Position numbers and translations under genes: made by a program
Origin: Monocercomonoides exilis PA203
Lineage: Eukaryota > Protista > Preaxostyla
Length of the DNA stretch: 64,000 nt
Assembly (NCBI GenBank): GCA_001643675.2
Contig: LSRY02000010.1
Coordinates: 434,001 to 498,000 of the forward strand
Reading direction: 5' to 3'
The notes under the pieces: model-generated
The model's database searches: none
Told to the model about the DNA's origin: nothing
The model's input: only the letters and a program-made list of their open reading frames with translations
Shown: in pieces, positions 46,870-59,300 of the stretch
Position numbering within the stretch: position 1 is the first letter of the stretch
Layout: each line of letters starts with the position of its first letter

Positions 46870-49800
46870 TCAAGAAAGTTGGAAGATAGGAGCAGAACTG
46901 ATGTTAGATTGAGATACTGTATAATATGAGCCATCAAGAGCTTTAGATGTGATTGGATGAGACACAAGGATTTTGCTGTGAGCAGCCTTTAATTGCTTTG
47001 ATCTTCTGTTCATCACTTCATCTCTCCTGCTCTTTATTGCTTGTTGTTCCTGCTCGATATTTGACTCATTTTCATCCTGTTTAACAGCCAATGGCGGAAG
47101 CCACCAGCGGTCAAACAATATCCTGAATAGCAACGGCTCTTTTCCTCGTTGGACTTCAATGGGTGATAGATAAATAGAAGCATTGCGAATTAAGCTTGAA
47201 TTAGCCTGATCTTTTTCGTTTTTGTAGCTGTCACCATCAAATTCATCGTCATCGTCGTCTTTTGACTTTACTCGACTGTTGTTGGTGGCAGCAGATGCAA
47301 GAATCTCTTCCAGGATGCTTGCTTCACTTAGAGGTTGGTCAATTGATAATGAACTTGAAAGAGAAGAAGAAGAGGATGACGATGAAGATGAAGAAGAAGA
47401 AGATGATGATGATTTTTCCATCATTGACATAAACGCACTTCCCTCGTCCCTATCCGTCTTCAAATCTCTCATCCTCTCCTCCTTTTGCACTGTTAAACCT
47501 TCTCCACACGGTATGAATCTATCTCCCGACCACATCTTCGCCTTCTGCAAGGCGCTGTCCAGCACCGCCCCATTCACATCGCTGCTTGACAACAGCCACA
47601 CTCTCCCTGGCTCAACCACAACAGCCGCATCTTTCCTCGTCCCCAGCGCAGCAACAGACAGCGGTGCAGTTGACGAAGGTGCATAATGCGTCGCGTGGAT
47701 GAACTGGCTCGCAGCACCTCTGATGTGCCGCGCTTTCGCCTTGCTGCTGCCAACGATTGTACGAGCAACGCTGTTCGGCGGGCCAACACGGAACACAAAC
47801 GGGAACGGAACAGGAGCAGCCGGCTGTGAGGCAGTCAGACGGCCGTGTGGAATCTCTGGCGGAAGGATCCTCTCGCCCATGTCCATATCATCGTCGAACT
47901 CATCGTCCAGCCACTCGCCCAGCACAGCGGGTATCTTCTTTGTGCCAAGACATTCCCAGAACATGGCCACATCAGGGTCGGTGAGTGAGGTGGGGAAGCA
48001 GATGACAGCAGGAGGCTCAAGAGACAAAAACGGATGTATCTCAAAGCGGTTGAGCTGAACAGGGTCTTGAAGAGGCTGAGGAGGGAGAAGAGTGGCGAGA
48101 AACTTGGCTTCTGCTCTGTTGTGTGCAGAAGTGTACAGGTGAGTGAAGTCAGAGTCAGAAGTGGGAACGGGATAGCGAGTGACTGAAGGGAGAAGTGGAG
48201 TGGTGATGAGTGTTGTGCGGGGAACGTCTTTCTCTCCGTTCAAAGTGGTCATTGGCGGAAGAGTGAAGGTCGGCAGGTGCATCACATTCGGATTGAGCAC
48301 ATGCTGAATGAAGGAGGCCAGCTGGCAGGTTCGGCTGAATGTCAGTCCAGTTGTATCGGGAACAAACGTGGGGAACGCTGGATTCTCTCCTTCCTCCTCC
48401 TCTTCTTCTTCCTCATCTTCATCTTCGTCATCTTCGTCGTCGTCATCATCATCATCTCTGTCTTTTCCTCTCTCTAATTTCTTGAGCACCTTCAGTTTCT
48501 TCTGTATCCTCTTCAGCTCTCTTGCCTCGTCATCCACTGTCCATAACAGACAGGTCATTACTCTCACAGGCGGCGGTGTGATCAGAATGTAATTAGCTCC
48601 GTTTTTGATGCTGCCTGCCTCCGGACTCAGCTCTGTCACGGACTCTCCTCTGACACACAGAAGAAGAGGGAGTGAATGTGGCAAAGAGAACAGGCTGTTC
48701 AGTGCAGGCGCAGAGGAAAGAGAAGGAATCCATCGGGGAGAAGAGAAAGGAGTGTTGTAGACAAGCGATGTGAATGCCTCTTCTTCGAACGAGGAAGAGG
48801 CAGAAGACGAGCCAGCCACATCGTCTCTTGAAGGAGTGAGGGGAGTTGGGCTCTGAAGTGGCTGAGGCGCCTCGTTGTAGTTCATTTTGTCCATCAGATC
48901 GCTTCCACTGCTGCTGCTGCTGCTTCCATTGAGTCCATCGGGTGTCTGAATGGACAGCCCCTGGTGCTCTCCATCATTCGATGGATATTCCTCAAACGAT
49001 TTCGAAGATGGAGTGCCTGCCCGACTAATTCCAGGCGACATAGACAGCGATGGCCCCAGTGCCCCGCCTTCCTCCTCTTCCTTCTGTCTTCTATCTCTCT
49101 CTGCATCTTCCTTCCAAACAGACTGCAACGCCTCTCTCACCCATCCTATACGACATGGGAGTGGGTTCTCGATCTTTCCTCTTTTGATCGCCTGCCTCGA
49201 CGGGATCGGGCTGACTTTGCGTGAAAAGAGAGAGAAGAAGATGTCACTTTCTCTGCCGTCCAGTTCGCGCTGGAAGGCATCGTAAGGCAGCCCCAAGTTC
49301 ACTGCCAGCTCTGCGCACAGCTGCTCGCCCCTCTGCAGCATCATTGGCGTGGCGTATTTGCTGTACCAGAGGTGGATCTGGTGCTGAATAACCACACGAG
49401 GCGCAGAGGGAGGTGCGGCGGTGCGGCGGAGGGTGTTGTATGAATGGTTGACTGAGCGGTTGGCGGAGGAAGAGGCAGAAGCAGAGGAAGAAGCAGAGGA
49501 TGACAGAGAAGACAGAGAATACGAGTCAAATGAACGAGGAAGTGTAACCACAACGTTGTTTGGCAGAGTCCCAACTGAGCCATCTTCGTTGATAAGCAGA
49601 CGAGTATATTTGGGTATTCCTTCTTCAACTTCTTCCTCGTCTGCTTGGCTCTCTTTGTCTTCTTCTTCTTTCTCTTTCTCTTTCTCTTTCGTTTTTTCTT
49701 TTTCTTTTTCTTTCTCCTTTTCTTTCCCCTTTCTATTCTTATTCTTCTCACTCTTTGAGTTTCCTTCCTCTTCCTCGTCTTCATCTTCCTCATCCTCGCT

Positions 49801-52175
49801 GTCCTCGCTTTCTTCCTCTTCTTCATTTCCCCTCACAAACCCTTCGTCGTGCAGATGATGCACATCCAGCACAAGACTCGTCCGCTTGAAGATGACCACA
49901 TCTGCCGAAGAGATCAGATTACGCCATGTTAATTCTCTTGTTCTGATTGCTCCTTTCGTCCTGTTCTCCTTCTGCCGCTCAATCGCCACATCAATCTCGC
50001 CCAAAGACGGATCGCCCCAGATCTCTTCGGCATCTTCATTCATGTCGTTCTCATTGTTCCCGTTCATTCGCTCAATTTCAAGGCGCTTCAGTGTGTCAGG
50101 CCCTCTCTCACCTGAGTTCAATGTATCTCCATCTATTCCTCCTGTGTTATTATTATTATTATTATTGATGCCACTTGTGCTGCTATTTCCATTGCCATTA
50201 CTTGCATCTGTCAGACTCCACAGGGCATTCATCTCTTCTGCCTCTTGTTCATCTTCAGGTGTCTCCACTGCACTCGCTCTGCCCAATGCATCTCTCTTCG
50301 GCGCCACCAGTACCTCACTGACATCGTTGTTGTTGACTGTCCATGCACGCAGACCAACACGCCACAGCGACGCAAACGGTCCAAAACTGGTGGTGAATGC
50401 ATGGTGCGGCCCAGGGAACAGCGTCAAGTCCATCTCTTCTGTCTCTTCCACCTTCTCTTCCTCTTCTTCTCCGCCTTTTGCAGCCAGCTGTGCTTCGGCT
50501 GTCTTCGCAGCAGCAGTCGCCTGGATGACTTTGATGAGCGTGTCTTCCACTTCTCTGCTTTCGAGGCTCTCCAACTGAATGGCTGACAGTTCTTTTGCTC
50601 TCTCCTCTGCTTTCAGCTGATAGGAAGCATCTGTCACTTGGATCAGCCCACTCACATCAACATCCGCTGCTGCCTTTGTCATATCTGCTGTCTGCTTTGC
50701 TTCTCCTTTACGAGCTTCGCTGATATTTCCCTCACGAAGCTGAAGCGACCCTGCTTTTGACGGCACGACCGGTTGAAGAGAGGACGAGGAGGCAACAGAC
50801 GAAGAAGGAGCAGGCGGAGGAGGGATGGGCGCAGAAGCAGTGAATGTGTAGTGATTGTCGCGGATGCACATTCCCATGTGAGGAGTGTTGCGGATTGTTC
50901 TGTCTTGAGCGATGTGCTTCGCAAGAGCAGAGGCTCCGATGCCCAAATGGAACGACGATGGAAGCAGAGTAGACGGAGAAACAGGAGCGCCAGCAGGAAA
51001 TGGAAGAGGAAGAGGAAGTGTTTGTGAGAAGGCTGTGAAAAAGTTGTATTGAGAAGCATAGTCAGCGGATGCTAGATAATGAAGCAGAGCTTCTTCTTCT
51101 GTCACTTTTCTACGTCCAATTTGACCAAATTTGCTCAAAGCTCCTTGTGCCAACTGTTGAGTGAAGTATGTGCTAATTTGCATGGCAACTTCATCAGTTT
51201 TGCTGTTTCAAATAGATTTGTGGTGATTAATGCAAAAAGAGAAATATTGAACGAACGAAAGGACAGTGTTGTCAAAAGAAATCGTGTGAGCATTTAAATA
51301 AAAGCAAACTTTGCACTTGTAAATTGAAATACATTCTTCCAGAAGTTTGCCTCGCTTAATGTCTCGAATCCAAATTCGCATTTATTTCTTGCAATTTTTC
51401 AAAAAGAAATAATAAAAGCATTATTTTGAAAAAAAATAAAAAAAAAAAAAAACGCATACGTTCCAGAAACAACTTCAAGTGCTTGTGTAATTGTTCCAAC
51501 ATTTCGTTTATACACATGACAAGTCATGGCTTTCGTGGACATTCTTAGTTCAGATGTGTCATCCTGACGAATATGGTTTTTGCTTCATAATTTAAACAAA
51601 CAATAGTGAATCACACTCTTAAAAATATTACGTCATCTCGAAATATGCTAACTTCTTGTTGGGTAACTGCAACGTAATATGGTAAAAATTTTCCATTACT
51701 GAATCTGTTACATTCCACTGGAATGTTGTCTTTGAGTATAAAGCCCGAAATTGTCAATGGTTGAACGGAATACTCCAACAATATGTAAATTCCGAATGTC
51801 GGGAAAATAGCTCGAAGCTCGGGTTTACTTGATTCTATTAAAGAGAATCCCATTTCCCTTGAGTCGAGAAAACGAAGTGAAGCATCAGTATCGTGCAATT
51901 CAATTGACAAAGGAGAAAGAATGTTTTGGTCCAACAAAATCTCTAATGGCCTTCGAAGCTCAATAGAACCACCTTTCCATATCTTTCCTAACTTGAAGCA
52001 ACAATGATGAGTCCGAATATATAGATAAAACTCCCTTTTATCTATTTTTATTAGTCATTTAAAAAAATCAGTAAAAGCAATAATAAGTCTTCTCAAATCA
52101 TTCCTAAATCAAACTTGTTGTTGTTTTAGCATCCAATCCTGATATTGCTTTGATTACTATTGAGCGGGGCACCAT
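46870..52175 (-). CDS. Large protein with N-terminal C2-like and PH-like domains and low-complexity remainder (5 exons)
   Basis: ATG 52175 MVPRSIVIKAISGL... splices in frame through ORF 51611-51937 and two small exons into the 1437-aa ORF. YYVAVTQQEVSIFRDD...KCEFGFETLSEANFWKNVFQ fits the PH pattern ending in the Trp-containing helix. Confidence 0.72.
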
Positions 52176-52244
52176 CTTGTCTTTTTCTGATCTTAACCTT
52201 ATTTCTAATAAAAAATTCCCATAGTTCAAATACAAAAGAGAGAA

Positions 52245-53060
52245 ATGTCAGACAAGGTCGAAGCAATTCGTTTGAAGGAAGAAGGAAACACTGCATTCCA
52301 AGAGAAGAGATATAAGGATGCATTGGTTTCATACACTGAAGCTATCAAGGTTGATCGAAATAACGCTTCACTTTGGGGCAACCGCTCTACAACTTATTTC
52401 AATCTCGGACTTATGGATAAATGCGTCGAGGATGCAGCGTATGCAATTGAACTTTCACCAAAAACTGCTAAATATTACTGGAGAAAGGGAATGGCTCATC
52501 TTCAACTTGGCCAGAATTATGCAGCTAAGCTTGCATTCCAAAATGGATTGAGACAGGAACCAGGAAACGATCAGCTGAGATCAGCTCTTGCTGAGAGAAA
52601 AGCCGGAGAACCAGCGTATGTTGGAAGATTAGCCAGCCTTTCATGGGAACAAAAGCGTGATAAGGCCACTGAATTGAAAGCGGAAGGAAATAAGTTTTTC
52701 ACTTCCAAAAGCTTTGGACCAGCAATTGCTAAATATACTGAAGCTATTGAATACGATCCAACTGACCCTGTCTTCTACACTAACAGAGCAGCATGCTACA
52801 CTGAAATCGGAAAATTTGATGAAGCAATCGCAGATTGCGAACTTGCTGTTGTTCTTGGAAAAACAAATGGAGTGAACTGCCTCGGACAGACTTCATTCTT
52901 GGAGCCACGTTTATTGGCAAAGGCATACATGAGATTGGGTATTGCATCGGAGAAAAAGGGAGAAATTGCAAAAGCTGAACAAGCTTACAAAGATGGAATT
53001 GCAGTTGAATCATCTCAACAATTAAGAGACATGCTTGAAAAATTGAAGTCAAAGAAGTAA
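52245..53060 (+). CDS. Two-domain TPR protein (STI1/Hop-like carboxylate-clamp TPRs), intronless
   Basis: LKEEGNTAF...YTEAI...GNRS and LKAEGNKFF...YTEAI...YTNRAACY...KAYMR. Both TPR domains retain the K/N/N clamp residues. No DP domain. Confidence 0.88.
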   Translation: MSDKVEAIRLKEEGNTAFQEKRYKDALVSYTEAIKVDRNNASLWGNRSTTYFNLGLMDKCVEDAAYAIELSPKTAKYYWRKGMAHLQLGQNYAAKLAFQNGLRQEPGNDQLRSALAERKAGEPAYVGRLASLSWEQKRDKATELKAEGNKFFTSKSFGPAIAKYTEAIEYDPTDPVFYTNRAACYTEIGKFDEAIADCELAVVLGKTNGVNCLGQTSFLEPRLLAKAYMRLGIASEKKGEIAKAEQAYKDGIAVESSQQLRDMLEKLKSKK

Positions 53061-53314
53061 ACACCGTTCAGTTCATTGTGACCTTTCTTTATTACATATT
53101 TAATTCATTTTAACCGTTTTGTTGTGATTTTTTTCCTTCTTCACTTTACCTTTTGGTACAATCATTCATAATACATTAATTATAAACACTTCTTAAAGAA
53201 ACATACAAATATTTTAAGTACTATGAAATAAAAACTTTAAGACAGAAATTACACACAAGAGTTCAAAGAACGAAAAATTATAACAAAAAAGTGAAAATTT
53301 TTTGATGATCAACT

Positions 53315-56300
53315 TTACAAAATTGTGGTTCCTTTTGATTTTGGTAGAGGAAGAGGTTTTAAGACAGAGGGCCTTACAGATGGAGATGGTGAAGGAGAAG
53401 CAGCAGGTGAGACAGATTTCTGCAAATCAGTTTTTGATGAATCAGTTCTTGCATCAGCTGACTTAGATGCTCCACCAACAGGAGAACTGCCTGTATCCTT
53501 TTTCGTAGCTCGAAAGTCAAACAATCCATCAGAAAGAGTATCAGATTCTCCATTCGCACTCTTTTCTTGATCTTCGTTATCATCATCTTCTTCATCTTCA
53601 TCTTCATCAAATTCATCAGGCGAGCTTTTCCTGCTTTCGCTGCTTTCATCTTCACTGCCTTTCTGTCTTGTTGCCTGAACTTCACCCAAAAGCACATCTT
53701 CTTCATCATCGCTGTTAATTTCTTCAATCTTTGGCTTCTCACCTGGAAGCACTTCATCTTCAGGGCGGTCAAAGCGATGCTTGAAAATAGGTGAAAACAG
53801 CTAATTATCAAGCAAATAGATGAATAGAATTCCAAATGAAGATTAACATATAATTTGGTTTATTTAAAGAGTATATTTAAAAAACATCACAATTATTTTT
53901 CCAACAGGATTAGAAAAAGCACACTTTTTGAGGTATTCCTGTTGTAACAATTGAGCCGTTGACTGTTCCAGCAAAGACAGACGGAGGAACATGGCATATT
54001 TCAACACAAGTGATTGGATTAGAATATTGCATTGACTGAAAGAGAAAAGTTAAATAGATTGGATGAAATTTATGATAGCAATAACAAAAACAACATATTC
54101 ATATTTAAAAAATAAATTCATCATAAATATTTTAATAATTCAAAATTCATCCCAATAATAATAATAATAATAATAAAAGGATTCTCCTTTATCAAACCCA
54201 AAGAAGCTGCAACGTCGACAGCGACCATATTCTGATGATAGCATCAAGCGATCCAGTTGCCATCATGTTTGTTTCCACATCGACAGAACAGCACGTCACA
54301 GGAGACATCGACGCCAAGAAAGAACGATTCACTTCAAGACTAAATGCATCAAGGAAATAGATCTGTTTAAAAAGGGGGAAAGGAAGTTTTGAATATGATG
54401 GTTGAAAGAACAAATAAGAAATGTTTGGTTATGTTCATCAGCAGAGAACAAATGAAGAATAGTAAATTTTTGGTTATAAAGAAAGATAAATCGTTTCTAA
54501 AAGCAGAAGCAAACCACTCCATCATCTCCCGCAGTGACAATCTGATTCTTGTCTATCAGTTTCAGCACATTGATTGCTCTTTCATGTCTCTTCTCCACAC
54601 ACATCTCTCTCTCCACATTCACATTCGTCACGTCCCTCACATGAATGCACCCATCAGCCCCGGCTGTGACAAGAGCAGGGAACGGATTCTCGTGTGGATC
54701 GACGCTGTACGGCTTCATACGCGGGATGGATGTGATGGCACAGATTGTCCTGGGTGAGTGCTCGTGGGCGTGCCATCGCTTTCGCAAAGTCAGCTTCTTT
54801 GACCTCAGCTCGAACATGCACAAGACCCCATCATCGCCCCCTGTCCACACACGATGATAAGAGTCCATGTGAATGGCTGTGACACTTCTCCTGTGTGCTC
54901 TGCGCTCCCATCTTTCCTCTGAATAAATAAATAAATAAATAAATAATATGAGAACAAAATGTAAAGAAAAAATGAAACGTTCAGAAAAATGATGAATCAA
55001 GCTGTGATAGATTGTCTATCATACTTGTTTCAAAAGTGAGCAGTTGCACCACTCCGTCGGATCTTCCAATGAGAAAAATGTGTTGCGGATAAATGCACAG
55101 AAAGGAGGTGATTTCTGGTTTGATGATTGGCTACAAACAGAAAGATAAAATGAGAATGATAAAAAGATAGTGATAGAAATCAAAACAAACAGAGAAAAAA
55201 GAAATAAAAAAAAGATGCTTCTTTTCATTGACATCCAAAAAGTCACAAATTCATTGATTTCAAATGCATACTCCTCCATCTCCAGTTTTCGTCTTCTCGT
55301 TCTTTCTTGTCCTGTCAAGCGGGTCATCATCGTCGTCATCGTCATCCAACATCCACTTGTCGCTCCATTCCGAATTCGTCACAGTTGCTGTCTTGCTTGC
55401 TTTCCCTTTCTTCTTCTTCCTGTTCACCACACCTCCTGAATCACACCCACTCATCTCTTCATCTCCGCTTCCTCCTCCACCTCTCCCCATTCCTCCGCTA
55501 CTTACTCGACTCCCACTGAAGCTGTGGCTGGCAGAGAGCGAAGAGTCAATCGAAGTCGATGCGCCTGTCTCCGCTGTCAGCATTGTGAGTCCTGTGTGAG
55601 TCGTTGCACCCGACTGTGGCCTGTCTGATGCCCCAAACGACGCTGAAAGACTCTTCCCGCGCTGTTGATTTCCACTTTCCGTGCTATTCAGCGAGGCAGA
55701 CAGCTGAGACAGCTGAGGAGAAGAAGGTTGCTCTCTCAACGAGCCATACGACGCAGACAGCATCTGAAACTGCGGACTCGATCCGTTCAGCAGAGCAGGT
55801 GAAGGCGATGGTGTTCTTCTGCTCCTCGCTTTGCTGTTTGCCTTCACTCCACCTTTCTCATAGCCATCAGACGACGTAGCAGCTGTTGACATTGTGCGTA
55901 TCTCATCCAGCGCTGCCTGCGACACATCCTCTTCAGACTCGTCAAATCCCTCAATTCTGTCACCTTCTGCTCCGCTCCTCCCACTCATCGCGCCTCCTTT
56001 CTGTGTGCCCAGCCTCCATCTGCTGCTGCTGTTGCTCCCTGTTGGCTGCACACCCAGCCAGTTCGTCTTCACTGCATTGTCTCTTTCGCGTGGTGACAAG
56101 CCCATCCGCTGCAGCTCCTCCCGCACTTCCACTTCAGTCGGCTTTGGCAGTCGTTTGGAGAAGCCAGGAACAGAATTCTTGGGGAAAGAAGGAGAAAGAG
56201 AGGAAGAGGAAGAGGAAGAAGAGGAAGGCCCTAATGCAATTGAAGAAGAAGAAGAGGATGAGGTGGAGCGAAGTGAGGAAAAAGACGATTGTTGTCTGAC

Positions 56301-59300
56301 AAGTGAGCGAGTGGCTGGTGACTGAGGAACAGCGATGAATGAAGAGGATGAACCAGAAGAGGATGAAATTGAAGAAGAAGAAGATGATGATGATGATGTG
56401 TTCATAAGAGCAGCTTGTGAAGCGAAGGAAGCCATCGACTGGTTGAGCACTGAAGAAACTCTTTCTCTTCCACTTGAGGGAGAGTCTGCAAATGTGTTGA
56501 ACAGCATGGGCTGTCTTGAATGTGCAGGAGAAGACGCAAAAGAGGCCTTTAGAGACAAGCTTTGCTGAGTGTTTGAGAGCTGGACGTCTTCTTCAGCAGA
56601 TGGAGTGGCAGTGTCTGGAACAGAAAAAAGAGGAGAAATGCTTCGAAGCGAAGAGCGGGTGCGCTGTTGGGCTGTTTGAAACATCTTTTGTGATTGTGAT
56701 TGTGATTGAGACATTGACTGGGACTGCTGTTGTGATTGAAATGACTGAAGTGATTGAAGTGACTGTAATGATTGGAGTGATTGGAGTGATTGAAGTGTCT
56801 GTTGTTGCTGTTGAGGCATCTGTTGTGTCATTGGGGAAGACAAATGGGCAGACGAGGCTCGTCGAATGAGCGCCTGCTGCTGCTGCATCTGCTGGTTGAA
56901 TGAAAGAGCTGGCTGGTTGAGTGAGGAAGACGATGAAGTGTATGGCAGAAGCATAGCAGTTGATTGTGGATTCTGACTCTGTCCATTTCTGATGGAAAAA
57001 GAAGGAAGACGGATTTTTGATTCAAATGAAAGTGGGTTAGTGACAAAGGGGCGAGAACGGGCAGAGGCAGACGAGGAAGAGCGGGCAGTGTCGATGGAGT
57101 GGCGGAGGGTGATAGCAGAAGCGTCTGAGAAGAGAGCATTGCTATTGTTGCTGTGTCTGGCTGTACCTGCACTCAGCAGAGAAGATGAAGGAGAGGCAGA
57201 TGGATGATTTGATGGCAGCGACGACTTTGATGCTGATCCACTCAAAACAGAAGTAGATCTCCTCAACGCCGCTGTGTCTAATTTGTTCCAGTCATCCTTC
57301 GCTCTCTCCTGCTTCTCCTTCTCCTTCCTCTCTGTTTCTATTCTTTGGTCCTCTCTCCTCTGCTGCTGCCTCTGCTTCCTCTTCAGCTCTCTTTCTTTCC
57401 GCTCTTTCTCTTTGTTGCTCAGAGCACGGCGCTCAAACATCGGCACGCCGATCGCAGGAATCGAACCTATGCTCAGAATGGCCTCGTCGCCTTCTTCGTC
57501 CACAGGCACCGTTGTACCAGCGATGAATGCTTGCTTCTTTCCTCGTTGTGAAGAAGACGTCGATGCTCGAAAGGCCATTGTGGTTGCAGTGGGGCCTGTT
57601 CCGTCTCTGTTCTTGGCTAACAGCTGCTTTTGCAATCGGCGTTTTTTGTCTTCTTCGCGCTGTTTGGCTGAAAGTGAACAAAAGTAATAATGTTTATGGA
57701 AATAGAGAAGAAAGCAAATTCAGAAATGAAACACAGTTGATGTTTAAACAAGAGAAGTGACAATTTAATTATTTTTAAAAAAACAAATTAAATATATTTC
57801 ACTCTTCATCCACACTTCTCTTTCTCTTCTCCCAAAAGAGCTTCTTGCGTGTGAGTATCTCCATCTGCTCCTCGAAGCTCTTCTTCTTCATCCCCGCCAT
57901 GTTGAACAGGAAGGTCATCCCCGACGACGCCGTCGGCATCTGATAGGACTTCAGCGAGGCAGTCGGCTGTGAATCAGTCGCTGTCAGTGCCGCTGCGTCG
58001 AGTGGCTTCCACATTTGTGTCTGCGCATGGCGGAGGTTCCAGGTGCGGATGGTGTTGTCTGCAGAGGCTGAGAAGAGCGTGGTGAGCAGACGGTGCAGCT
58101 GCGCTTGCGACAGCTGGACTTCAGAGGGGATTCTGCGAAGGGCATTGGATAATAAGAAGATGGGTTAAGAAATGAATTAAATATTTTTCATAAAATAATT
58201 AGAAAGAATTTTGTTAAATATATTGTTGGGTAATGATGAATGTATTGATATAAAAGTGGTTCTATCAAACTTCACTCCAAGCACTCTTTCGTTGTCTTTC
58301 ATGCTCTTTTCACGGAGCATTCGAATGGCCATCGATTCCAACATCTCTTGCTTCTTTTGCTTTTTTGCCTTTTTTCTAGTCTTTTTGCTCAAATTACTAT
58401 CTTTTCTTCCAAATTCACCAGTATTTGCTCCATTGATAGTACCATCTTCATTGTTATACTCATTCCCATTCTCATTCTCTTCTCCTTCATCCTCCTCCTC
58501 TCCTTCCTCTTCCTCCTCATCTTCCTCTCCTTCCTCCTCTCCCCCACTCGCATCTGCCTTCTTCGCAGCAGAAAGCGTCCTCTGCAGCATCCTCCTTCCG
58601 AAAGGGTTGCCATCATCAAGAAAGTCTGGCTCCACCAAATACAACGCCACAATCGCGTTGTCGTGGCCAATGAGCTCGTGATACAGCGACTGCCGATGAA
58701 TGGAGAAGGATGACGCAAACCAATCAGTCGCCACAATCAGCTGGTGCGGATTGAACGGAATTGGCGTACCGCTGGATGGTTTGTCTGATGAGGAAGAAGA
58801 AGAAGAAGAAGAAGGGGAGTGTGGCGATGATGAAGATGAAGGATCGGCTGCTGATTGTTTTTTCTTCTCTGCACTTCCTTCTTCATTGAAGTTGTGAGTA
58901 CCTCGTTCTGTCTTTGGTGATGCAATCGGTGTTCCATTGCTCTTCTTTCTGGATGTTGCAGCGTATGCCTTCCCTTCCTCTCCTTCGCTCGCATCACTCC
59001 CAGCCCCACTCACAGGCGCTGTGCCCGTCGCCGCTGCAGTCGCATTTGCCGTTTGTGTGTTGTTTGCATTGTTTGCGTTGTAATCAGCGCTGGTGGCAGA
59101 GGCGAGGACAGAGGTTGACAGCAATGCTGTGATGCCTGTCTCTGAGATCTGCTCGTCAAACAGCACTTGCGACGTCGACAGCTCGCAAATGGTGAGGAAG
59201 CCGTCTGGGTCGCCGAGGATAACGAACGACATCACCTCGTCGAAGCAGACGCAGCTGAAGTTCTTGTTGCGCGCGTTTTTCACCCGGAACACACACAATC

